Shown: positions 47,481 through 55,655 of the stretch, piece after piece
Layout of the letters: each line of letters starts with the position of its first letter
How positions within the stretch are numbered: position 1 is the first letter of the stretch
NCBI GenBank assembly: GCA_052389695.1
Contig: JBQTHQ010000008.1
Span: 1-63,760, forward strand
Length of the DNA: 63,760 bases
From: Bacteroidota bacterium
GTDB lineage: Bacteria; Bacteroidota; Bacteroidia; 2-12-FULL-35-15
Direction: 5' to 3'
Position numbers and translations under genes: made by a program
The notes under the pieces: generated by a model
Told to the model about the DNA's origin: nothing
What the model saw: the letters and a program-made list of their open reading frames with translations, nothing else
Databases searched by the model: none

Positions 47481-47602
47481 TTTTATTATTAAAATTAGGA
47501 GATAAAACTACGGAAACTATTTTTAATTTTAAAGTTTCCTGAAATAACTCATAGTTTTTAGTCCACTATGTATCCAAAAAGCATTTTACAAATGCTTACA
47601 AA

Positions 47603-47621
47603 CCTGCCTGCGGCAAGCAGG
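47603..47621. repeat. Palindromic CCTGCCTGCGGCAAGCAGG element (second copy of the 7369 type)
   Basis: Near-palindrome related to ctgcctgcggcaggcag at 7369-7385. Confidence 0.5.
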
Positions 47622-47741
47622 TGTGGCGCCTATCCAACAAGGGGAGCAGGCTTGGAGAAGTTTTTTGTATATTTATAGCGCCTAGCAGCTAGTTGGTGCC
47701 AATGCCAAGACGGACAACCAACCACACATTTTAGCACATTT

Positions 47742-47765
47742 GGTTGCCCCATCTCACGGGCAACC
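47742..47765. other. Perfect 8-bp stem hairpin (ggttgccc-N8-gggcaacc) in the left flank of the R-M islet
   Basis: Read directly: ggttgccccatctcacgggcaacc. Confidence 0.6.
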
Positions 47766-47826
47766 GCTTCGCAACCAAAAGAACTAAAATTTTCCCACCG
47801 CACGACAGAATATTATCTTTGTGTCT

Positions 47827-48261
47827 ATGGACGTTTTGACCAAAGAACAAAGACGAAAAAATATGCAGGCAATCCGCAACAAGGAGACAAAAGCGGAGAT
47901 AAAACTGGCCAAAGCTCTTTGTGCAAAGGGACATCGTTACCGTAAAAACAACAAAGCCGTTTTTGGAAAGCCTGACTTGACTTTCAAAAAAATTAAACTT
48001 GCAATATTTGTGGACGGTGAGTTTTTCCACGGGCGGGACTGGGAAATAAATAAACACCGTATTCAGACCAACCAAGGGTTTTGGTGGGCAAAAATTGAGG
48101 GTAATATTAAGCGAGACAAGGTGGTTTTCGACAAACTAACCTCTAATGGTTGGAAAGTTTTGAGGTTTTGGGATACTGAAGTCCATAAAAATTTAGGATA
48201 TTGCATAACGAAGATTGAGCGAACCATTAAGATAAGGAAAAATGCCAAAAAAATATTCTGA
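47827..48261 (+). CDS. vsr: Very-short-patch repair endonuclease
   Basis: [50 protein letters not shown] and [13 protein letters not shown] match Vsr signatures. The 3' end overlaps dcm by 20 nt. Confidence 0.9.
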   Translation: MDVLTKEQRRKNMQAIRNKETKAEIKLAKALCAKGHRYRKNNKAVFGKPDLTFKKIKLAIFVDGEFFHGRDWEINKHRIQTNQGFWWAKIEGNIKRDKVVFDKLTSNGWKVLRFWDTEVHKNLGYCITKIERTIKIRKNAKKIF

Positions 48262-49486
48262 AATACGGAAAAAACTCAATATTGTAGTTGACAAAACAAC
48301 GAACAATGACTTGGCACATCTAACCCATTATTTACAAAACCACAAAAACGGAGTTTCACAATACTTTAAGCCTAATGCTACAAGTTATTTGACTGACTTG
48401 CACGCGGAATTGAATATTTTACAAGAGCCGGACTTTCAATATTATTTACCAATCAAATGGGATATTCCTTTTCCACCGGAGACAAATCCTAAATTCAAAT
48501 TTATAGACCTGTTTGCAGGTATTGGTGGTATCAGACTTGCTTTTCAAAATCTTGGTGGCAAATGTGTCTTTACAAGTGAATGGGACACTTACTCTAAGAA
48601 AACTTACGAAGCAAATTTTGGCGAAGTTCCCTTTGGTGACATAACGAAAATTTCAGAAAAAGAAATTCCCGATCATGACATTTTACTTGGTGGTTTTCCC
48701 TGTCAACCCTTTTCTATTGCGGGAGTTTCAAAGAAAAATGCCTTGGGCAGAGCCCACGGTTTTTTAGATGAAACACAGGGAACATTATTTTTTGATGTTG
48801 CAAGAATTATAAAACACAAAAAGCCTTCGGCTTTTATGTTAGAAAATGTAAAAAATCTTGTTTCTCATGATAAGGGAAAAACTTTCAAAGTAATTACCGA
48901 AACATTGAAAGAATTGGGATACTCAATTCATTTCAAGGTATTGGATGGAAAATATTTTGTTCCTCAACACAGAGAAAGAATAATTATTGTTGGTTTTAGA
49001 AATCAAATTTTTAAAGGCAAAGAATCTTTTGTATTTCCTAAAATGAGCGAAACCAAGTTTGCTATCAAAGACATTTTAGAAACTACTGTAGATAAAAAAT
49101 ATACTCTTTCGGCCCACCTATGGAACTACTTGCAAGAGTATGCTAAAAAACATAAAGCGAAAGGAAACGGTTTTGGCTTTGGGCTTACAGACCTTAATGG
49201 CATTTCAAGAACAATGAGTGCAAGATATTACAAAGACGGAGCTGAAATTTTAATTCCTCAAAAAGGTAAATGCCCGAGACGCTTAACACCAAGAGAATGT
49301 GCAAGACTTCAAGGCTTTCCAGATACATTTTTAATTCCTGTTTCAGATAATCAGGCATACAAACAGTTTGGCAATTCGGTCGTAACACCATTGATACAGG
49401 CGGTTGGAAAAAACATCGTAAAAGAAATTTTAAAGTTAAATGGAGAGCATTCTCACAAAAGCAATAGAGTCAGCGCAGCAGTCTGA
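48242..49486 (+). CDS. dcm: DNA (cytosine-5)-methyltransferase, Dcm/M.EcoRII-like
   Basis: C5-MTase motifs [44 protein letters not shown] and X GNSVVTPL. The ~75-aa N-terminal extension resembles that of Dcm. Confidence 0.92.
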   Translation: MPKKYSEIRKKLNIVVDKTTNNDLAHLTHYLQNHKNGVSQYFKPNATSYLTDLHAELNILQEPDFQYYLPIKWDIPFPPETNPKFKFIDLFAGIGGIRLAFQNLGGKCVFTSEWDTYSKKTYEANFGEVPFGDITKISEKEIPDHDILLGGFPCQPFSIAGVSKKNALGRAHGFLDETQGTLFFDVARIIKHKKPSAFMLENVKNLVSHDKGKTFKVITETLKELGYSIHFKVLDGKYFVPQHRERIIIVGFRNQIFKGKESFVFPKMSETKFAIKDILETTVDKKYTLSAHLWNYLQEYAKKHKAKGNGFGFGLTDLNGISRTMSARYYKDGAEILIPQKGKCPRRLTPRECARLQGFPDTFLIPVSDNQAYKQFGNSVVTPLIQAVGKNIVKEILKLNGEHSHKSNRVSAAV

Positions 49487-50609
49487 AATCGCATATTGCA
49501 AATTTCTTGCAGCTAATGATACAAAGGCTACAAATGCACATCAGAGTGGTTATTTGATTAGTAAATCTGCTTGGAGACTTTTTCTAAATCATGAACCTCA
49601 GAAAGGTGAAAATTTAAAGGAAGAAATTATAATTAAATGGCAATCAGATTTTGAAACAAGTAGCACTTTCACGTATTATGGCGCTGCAAAAAACGAATTT
49701 AGACTTACAAATTTTGGCAGGAACTTTCCTTTTAGAGAAGAAGATAATGTTGGAGATCTTTTTGTTTTATGTAAAAAGGGCAAGGGCTTTTTTGAAGCAT
49801 ATATAATTTCAACAGATGAGGAAATTGATGAGTTTTTTGCAGCATTAAATATTTCGGCAACCGAAACAAATGGAATCATTCCAAAACAATTTGAAGCTAC
49901 CACAGAAGATAAACTGATGCAGTGTTTCCTTGGGTTTTTGAAATCACTCAAGTTTGAATTTCCAACAACAGTCGACCTTGCAACCAATTCGAGAAATTGT
50001 TACCTCGGAGCATACAGTATTACGTCCCAAGTTGTAAAAGCAAATCCTGATCGGGAAATTTTGAATTGGCTACATGCAGAATTTCAGCTTTTCAAAGTCA
50101 TCGAAAATGACAGGTATAATAGCAGAATAAAAACACCTTTCAAGACAGTTGAAGAACTTGTTGAAACCGCAAACACAATTTTGAACAGGAGAAAAAGCCG
50201 AGCAGGAAAATCCCTTGAACATCATCTTTCTGAAATTTTCAGAACATTTCAACTTTCTTATGCAACCCAAGCAGTAACGGAAGACAATAAGAAACCGGAT
50301 TTTCTTTTTCCAAATGTTGATGCTTATTACAATGAGAAATTTAGTGCAAAGAAATTAGTTATGCTCGCATCCAAGACAACCTGCAAAGACCGTTGGCGAC
50401 AGATATTAAATGAGGCAGACCGCATTAAAACAAAACATCTTTTTACTTTACAGCAGGGAATTTCTAAAAACCAGCTTGAAGAAATGTATAAATACAATGT
50501 GTGTTTGGTCGTACCAAAACAATATTTGACGAGTTTTCCTGCCGACTTCAGAGAAAGAATTTTAACGCTGGACAGTTTTGTAAATCATATTCAGGCGACA
50601 CAGAAATGA
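49440..50609 (+). CDS. EcoRII-family type IIE restriction endonuclease
   Basis: 389 aa. The N-terminal effector-domain motif is [21 protein letters not shown] (EcoRII: RLSANDTGATGGHQ). The C-terminal catalytic block [15 protein letters not shown]...NKKPDFLFP...[33 protein letters not shown] closely matches my recollection of EcoRII. Overlaps dcm by 47 nt. Confidence 0.85.
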   Translation: MESILTKAIESAQQSEIAYCKFLAANDTKATNAHQSGYLISKSAWRLFLNHEPQKGENLKEEIIIKWQSDFETSSTFTYYGAAKNEFRLTNFGRNFPFREEDNVGDLFVLCKKGKGFFEAYIISTDEEIDEFFAALNISATETNGIIPKQFEATTEDKLMQCFLGFLKSLKFEFPTTVDLATNSRNCYLGAYSITSQVVKANPDREILNWLHAEFQLFKVIENDRYNSRIKTPFKTVEELVETANTILNRRKSRAGKSLEHHLSEIFRTFQLSYATQAVTEDNKKPDFLFPNVDAYYNEKFSAKKLVMLASKTTCKDRWRQILNEADRIKTKHLFTLQQGISKNQLEEMYKYNVCLVVPKQYLTSFPADFRERILTLDSFVNHIQATQK

Positions 50610-50718
50610 ACGCCAACATAGTTGCACACCCATTTGCAAGCCACACAAAACAACCCTCAAACCAAAGCTTATAAAAGCGTGTGCAATCTAATCCGCCACA
50701 ACGCCAAGCCGTCAACCG

Positions 50719-51972
50719 TTATACTTCCCTAACCTTATTCTTCTCCTCTATCCACTTCGACATGTATTTTGAACTTACCATACTGTGATGCATTAACATG
50801 TTACCGGTAAAGTTTTGTTTGCGATGATCTTCTAAATTATTTTGCAGTGCTAAAATTCGTTGGATTAATTCCGCCCCCAATAATTCTTTTGAGTAAATAA
50901 CATTGATAATATTTTTACCCTTGGCTTGTGATTGCTGCCAAAGAATATTATCAGTGTATAATTTCACAGCGGCCTCAGCTAAACTTTTTGCATCATTTTC
51001 AATTGATCCACTCCACTCCAAATTTCCATGCATGGCTTCTGCACCAATTGAAGTGGTAACGCTGGGCGTACCGCATTGCATAGCTTCTACCAGTTTACCC
51101 TTTATACCTGCACCAAAACGTAATGGAGCTAAACACACCCTGGCTTTGCTCATTACTTCCTTAGCATCCTCTGCCCTGCCCTTAACATAAAAACTTTCTT
51201 TCGGTTGATGCAATTCATTTACTTTTTGTGAAGGATAGGCGCCATAAATATGTAATTCTGCTTGTGGTAATTTTTTTCGAATTAACGGCCAGATCTCTTC
51301 TTTTAAAAATAAAACAGCGTTCCAGTTAGGTTCATGTAAAAAATTACCAATGCTTATAAAATGTTCACGCTCTTCAAAATTTTTCCAGCTATGAATAATT
51401 TTATCATCGATAAGATCCAACATAAAAGGAATATAATGTAATAAAGCTTTATCTACTTTAAATTGCTTTTCAAGAATATTCATCTCGAAATCAGAAATGA
51501 TCAGAGAAAGATCAGAACGATATATACTTGCTACTTCCCGTTTTGCAACATCTTCTGTCAATAAATCATTTACACTAAATTTTCTGTTTTCTTTAAATGC
51601 TTTTTGTCGTGCTGAACGCAAACAATGAAGGTCTTCGGTATCCAATATTCTCATTGCTTTCGGGCATTGCTCCACGATACGCCATCCGAATTGCTCTTCG
51701 GTCATAAAACGGTCAAATATTACAATATCCGGTTTTAATTGCTGAATGAAGGAATCAAAACTATTATTATTCAGCTCAATAGTTACTTTTTCAACACCTG
51801 TCTTTTTAAGATCAAACATAAATTCACTGTCAGCCGCAGCGCTGGCAAAAGTAATTTTCCAGCCTTGTAACTGAAACAATTCGATCAACTGCATCATACG
51901 ATTTCCGGCAGCGGAGGAACATGGTTCAGGCCAAACAGTACCTATGATCAAAATATGTTGCGGTTTATCCAT
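50719..51972 (-). CDS. Glycosyltransferase, GT-B fold (family 1/4-like)
   Basis: 417 aa with the C-terminal Rossmann half RFGAGIKGKLVEAMQCGTPSVTTSIGAEAM. Confidence 0.75.
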   Translation of the reverse strand: MDKPQHILIIGTVWPEPCSSAAGNRMMQLIELFQLQGWKITFASAAADSEFMFDLKKTGVEKVTIELNNNSFDSFIQQLKPDIVIFDRFMTEEQFGWRIVEQCPKAMRILDTEDLHCLRSARQKAFKENRKFSVNDLLTEDVAKREVASIYRSDLSLIISDFEMNILEKQFKVDKALLHYIPFMLDLIDDKIIHSWKNFEEREHFISIGNFLHEPNWNAVLFLKEEIWPLIRKKLPQAELHIYGAYPSQKVNELHQPKESFYVKGRAEDAKEVMSKARVCLAPLRFGAGIKGKLVEAMQCGTPSVTTSIGAEAMHGNLEWSGSIENDAKSLAEAAVKLYTDNILWQQSQAKGKNIINVIYSKELLGAELIQRILALQNNLEDHRKQNFTGNMLMHHSMVSSKYMSKWIEEKNKVREV

Positions 51973-52030
51973 TGATTTTTGTTATTCCAAACGCAAAGTC
52001 TTCGATAAGCTCAGACTGAGCCACATTTTT

Positions 52031-52077
52031 ACTTACAACTTACAACTTATAACTTACAACTTATAACTTTAAACTTA
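52031..52077. repeat. Word-repeat tract (ACTTACAACTTATAACTT words)
   Basis: The tract reads acttacaacttacaacttataacttacaacttataactttaaactta. It is preceded at 52000-52022 by cttcgataagctcagactgagcc, another REP-like word common in Bacteroidota. Confidence 0.6.
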
Positions 52078-53490
52078 TTTCTCAAGACTTACATTTTCAT
52101 CTCCTTGCCGGTAAGGTAAATAAGTAATGATAAACTGGAACATTTCATCTGTTGTTCGCATGCTTCCTTCCCGCTCTGCTACCAGTCGTGGCGGACTAAA
52201 AGGATTATTCGGGTTATGACGGGTATTGTCATATACACCTTCAATATGTATAGTAGCACCACATGGAATTTTCAACATTTTTTTAAACGTATAAAAATAC
52301 TGCCAGCGGAAATCCCATTTTTTTATCCGGATCAGTGGAATAGTATCACCTTGTGAAGTATATGCATACGCTAAAAAACTCTTGCCCAGCAAATGCATGT
52401 GCGGATTAACAGTGAGTATTGAAATATCAAAAGGTAATGTATAATCGGAATGAAAGGTCATAATAGTATCCGGTGGGATCACCAATTTAGGAATAGTTGG
52501 AGAAACCCCATACGTTCCCATTTGAAATTCAAGCGTTGGACGCTTTGGTTTTTCCTCTGCAAAAAACACATTAAACGCTGTTTGATCAGTAGTATCCACA
52601 CGTGAAGGCCCATAATGAATGTCCCTTAGAAAAAGAGCACCTTTTCGTGTCAGTTTAAATCCGCCTATACCATCGGGATAAATCGGGGGTGTAACACCGG
52701 GCAAATAATTGGTAACGGACTGTGTGAGTGCAGGAAATGTTTCTCCGTCATCGTTTGGCAAACCTAATTCTTTATAGGCTTGCAATTTATCAGGAAATTT
52801 TTCGAGATCAACAACCGTATTTCCTGCAAACACATCTTTCTTTTTGTCAAAATCATAACTTAACAATTGCGCATTCACATGATGAACCAGCTTTTTGTTA
52901 TCAGGTACTACTTCTATCACGCGCACAAATGTGTCTTTGGCAATTTCATATGGCACACGCATCAATAAGAATTGATCCTGTGCATCGCCTTTTATTTTAT
53001 ACACATCTTTTAATTTAATTACCAGGTCAGGTTTGCCTAATTGTGAGCCTAAGGGGAAGAAAGGAGGTTCAGGTATTTTTGTTGAATCACCGATCAGGCA
53101 ACCTTCATCCACCCAGCGTGTGATCAGCTGGATTTCCTCATCGGTGAGTACTTTCTCATCTATAAAATGAGAATAAGCGGCATCAGCAGGCCATGGTGGC
53201 ATAAAGCGTGTTTCTGTAACAAATTTCATTAGTCTGGCACGTGAGGCTGCATCCTGATAGGTCAACAAATTAAACGGGCCTGCTTCACCCGGACGGTGGC
53301 AGGATGTACAGTTTTTATAAATAATCGGAGCAACGTGTTCCGAATACGTGATTTGCTGCGGTTTTTCATCTCCATTACAGGAAATAAAAAATGATGCCGC
53401 CAGCAACAACAAAAAACAATGTCTTGTATCTTTTAAAACTCTCAACGTTATATAAATGAAAACCACTACAAAATTAAGTGAATGTTCCAT
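52075..53490 (-). CDS. Haem-c domain fused to a PHM/DBH-like type-II copper monooxygenase; lipoprotein
   Basis: Signal peptide and lipobox (LLLLAASFFISC); a TTG at 53445 is an alternative start. Has CTSCH (CxxCH haem-c site). Copper ligand motifs align to peptidylglycine monooxygenase: LVHHV (HH), IHYG (H), NPHMHLLGK (HxH) and TTDEMF (Met). Confidence 0.8.
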   Translation of the reverse strand: MEHSLNFVVVFIYITLRVLKDTRHCFLLLLAASFFISCNGDEKPQQITYSEHVAPIIYKNCTSCHRPGEAGPFNLLTYQDAASRARLMKFVTETRFMPPWPADAAYSHFIDEKVLTDEEIQLITRWVDEGCLIGDSTKIPEPPFFPLGSQLGKPDLVIKLKDVYKIKGDAQDQFLLMRVPYEIAKDTFVRVIEVVPDNKKLVHHVNAQLLSYDFDKKKDVFAGNTVVDLEKFPDKLQAYKELGLPNDDGETFPALTQSVTNYLPGVTPPIYPDGIGGFKLTRKGALFLRDIHYGPSRVDTTDQTAFNVFFAEEKPKRPTLEFQMGTYGVSPTIPKLVIPPDTIMTFHSDYTLPFDISILTVNPHMHLLGKSFLAYAYTSQGDTIPLIRIKKWDFRWQYFYTFKKMLKIPCGATIHIEGVYDNTRHNPNNPFSPPRLVAEREGSMRTTDEMFQFIITYLPYRQGDENVSLEK

Positions 53491-53495
53491 ATCAT

Positions 53496-53795
53496 ATGAA
53501 TTATTCTTTCAAAGTTACTGCATGTGTATTTATCCTGTTATTTACCTCCTCCTGTAGAAAACAGATAACAGGCAATCCCTATATCGACAGAAAAATAAGT
53601 GTCAGCCAACAACAGGCAAGAGAAGAGCAAAAGCTCATTGCCAACCAAAACAAAGCGTATGCCGATCAATTAAAGGAAAACCAAAAAAATATCATAAAAA
53701 ACAATGATGAATTTTTCGAAAAGAAAAAACAATATAAACACCTTACCAAAGGTAAAAAAAGAGTAAAAAAGTCTAAGGACCGATCTCAATTTTAA
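53496..53795 (+). CDS. Small Lys-rich lipoprotein, paralogue A
   Basis: MNYSFKVTACVFILLFTSSC lipobox, then CRKQITGNPYIDRK...SQQQAREEQK. The tail is ...HLTKGKKRVKKSKDRSQF. It is paralogous to the next ORF. The track's GTG at 53478 is a possible alternative start. Confidence 0.6.
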   Translation: MNYSFKVTACVFILLFTSSCRKQITGNPYIDRKISVSQQQAREEQKLIANQNKAYADQLKENQKNIIKNNDEFFEKKKQYKHLTKGKKRVKKSKDRSQF

Positions 53796-53827
53796 TTCAT
53801 CAAGGGGACATAAAATGTCATTAAAAC

Positions 53828-54082
53828 ATGATTATCTTTGTTTTGATGGTAAGATTCCGCATTACCCTTATTACTTTAACTTGTGCTTTTGTTTTAAGTA
53901 CAATGACTTCCTGCCGTAAAAAAGGTCCATACAATCCTTACCTTCATACGAAAACGAAACCAAGTGAGCAACAAGCCAAAGAAAAAAAGAGAATCTTAAG
54001 AAAAGGAAATCGGGCTTATAAAAAACAATTAGGAGATAATAGAAAACAAATATTTGGAAGAAGAAAACCTCCGAAGCAATAA
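53828..54082 (+). CDS. Small Lys/Arg-rich lipoprotein, paralogue B
   Basis: LTCAFVLSTMTSC lipobox, then CRKKGPYNPYLHTK...SEQQAKEKKR. The tail is ...RKQIFGRRKPPKQ. Confidence 0.6.
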   Translation: MIIFVLMVRFRITLITLTCAFVLSTMTSCRKKGPYNPYLHTKTKPSEQQAKEKKRILRKGNRAYKKQLGDNRKQIFGRRKPPKQ

Positions 54083-54083
54083 C

Positions 54084-54902
54084 ATGATCCCGGTCAAAGA
54101 CTTTATTTTACTTATCCCTTGCTACAATAATGTTGCCGGACTTTCCAGGTCCATTAACAGCATTCAATATCCAATTGATAAGTTTGAAATACTGATTGTA
54201 GATGATGGCAGTGCGGTTCCTATTGTTACTGACAATTTTAATAATGCCATTCCGGGAACAACAATTCAAATTATTCGAATTTCACAAAATCAAGGCATAG
54301 TAAACGCCTTAAATAGTGGATTAAAAGAATTAAAAACACGTAATGACTATAGATACATTGCCCGCCTGGATGCAGGTGATACTTGTCATCCGGAACGGTT
54401 TACAAAGCAGGTTGAATTTTTAGACCTGCACTCCGATGTCTTTCTTTTAGGTTCCTGGTGCAGATTTGAAAACTCAATAACTAAAAAAGGATACAATTAT
54501 ATCACTAAAACAAAACATGAGGATATTATAATAGAAATGCATTATAAATGCTCTTTTATTCATCCTACAGTAATGTTTAGAAAGGAAGTATTAGAAACTA
54601 TAGGAGTATACCCAACAAATTATCCACATGCGGAGGATTATGTATTTTTTTGGAAGATAATAAAGAAACATAAAACAGCTATATTAGATAAACAATTGGT
54701 GATAATTAACTATAAAGATTCCAGCATTTCCTCAAAAAATTATAAAACACAGCTACGAACAAGAAAAAAAATTATAAAACAATTTGGGTCTCTTGCACTT
54801 AGTAAGTTAGCAGGCGTTCTATTATTATGGTGTAAATTACTAATCCCGAGGGCAGTCCTTCAAAGAATTAAAACTAATTTACAAGAAGGAGTTTTTCGTT
54901 AA
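54084..54902 (+). CDS. Glycosyltransferase family 2
   Basis: ATG at 54084, 2 nt after the upstream stop; the track's 54054 start overlaps the previous gene. Has LLIPCYNN, IVDDGS and RLDAGD (DxD) motifs. Confidence 0.8.
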   Translation: MIPVKDFILLIPCYNNVAGLSRSINSIQYPIDKFEILIVDDGSAVPIVTDNFNNAIPGTTIQIIRISQNQGIVNALNSGLKELKTRNDYRYIARLDAGDTCHPERFTKQVEFLDLHSDVFLLGSWCRFENSITKKGYNYITKTKHEDIIIEMHYKCSFIHPTVMFRKEVLETIGVYPTNYPHAEDYVFFWKIIKKHKTAILDKQLVIINYKDSSISSKNYKTQLRTRKKIIKQFGSLALSKLAGVLLLWCKLLIPRAVLQRIKTNLQEGVFR

Positions 54903-54935
54903 TGAGTAAATGTTATTGATGACAAATCTAATTAT

Positions 54936-55655
54936 ATGAAGAAATTAAAATTTGATTCAGCCCCTGAATGGGTAACAATCATTGGAGAATTCGGACCAAA
55001 TTGCATTTTACTATTTGGCGAAAAAGCTTTATCGAAGGGCTCAAATAAAAAATTGGCGCTGAATATAAATAAATTATCACCTACTAATAATATATCCTCT
55101 ATTGAAATTGCAATAGAGGATATGGAAGGACGTATTAATATCTGGTTCGGAGATATTAATAACAAAATAAATTTTAATACAGGAACAAAGGGCAATTATA
55201 ATATTACCATGTATAAGAATTCGGCACTGCTCATTGGAGAGAATACTACTGCCAATTCGATAAGGATTGTTTGTGATAATTCTATTGTAGAAACGGGACG
55301 GGACTGTATGTTTTCTGATGAAATACTTATCCAATCCGCTGATCAACATGGCATAGTAGATCTGGAAACAAAACAAATAATTAATTCTCACAAAAGAAAA
55401 GTTGTTTTGGGTGATCACATTTGGGTTGGGAGAAGAGCAATTATAATGCCCGATGTAAACATAGGAGATGGTTCAATTATTGGAACAGGGGCTATCGTAA
55501 CTAAAAATGTTGAAAAGATGACAGCTGCGGCTGGAATTCCTGCAAAAACAGTAAAGGAAAATGTAACCTGGAGCAGAAGCCCGTCAAGATTAGATTCATT
55601 TTCTCAGCTGTATATTGACAAATTTCATGAGCCTTTAGCCGAAGAAAAGAATTAA
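54936..55655 (+). CDS. Left-handed beta-helix (hexapeptide-repeat) acyl/acetyltransferase
   Basis: The C-terminal half has hexapeptide repeats: LGDHIWVGRRAIIMPDVNIGDGSIIGTGAIVTKNV. Confidence 0.75.
   Translation: MKKLKFDSAPEWVTIIGEFGPNCILLFGEKALSKGSNKKLALNINKLSPTNNISSIEIAIEDMEGRINIWFGDINNKINFNTGTKGNYNITMYKNSALLIGENTTANSIRIVCDNSIVETGRDCMFSDEILIQSADQHGIVDLETKQIINSHKRKVVLGDHIWVGRRAIIMPDVNIGDGSIIGTGAIVTKNVEKMTAAAGIPAKTVKENVTWSRSPSRLDSFSQLYIDKFHEPLAEEKN

Noticed and set aside
47568-47681. 37-aa ORF (MYPKSILQMLTNLPAASRCGAYPTRGAGLEKFFVYL), or a tRNA/ncRNA gene, in the left flank of the R-M islet
   Set aside because: The ORF is assembled from palindromic repeat words (the PAAGR-type element). I could fold no cloverleaf with tRNA-conserved positions. 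An ncRNA cannot be excluded but is unsupported.
47814-47821. Perfect TATCTTTG -7 box just upstream of vsr (would imply a leaderless mRNA)
   Set aside because: The box ends only 5 nt before the ATG at 47827, which is too close for a normal leader. It may be coincidental in AT-rich sequence. 5'-end mapping would be needed.
47731-48075. 114-aa minus-strand ORF
   Set aside because: It is antisense to vsr, which has unambiguous family motifs.
54054-54083. Upstream extension of the GT2 ORF (start at 54054)
   Set aside because: It overlaps the end of the preceding lipoprotein gene. The ATG at 54084, immediately after that stop, gives a normal GT2 N-terminus (MIPVKDFILLIPCYNN).
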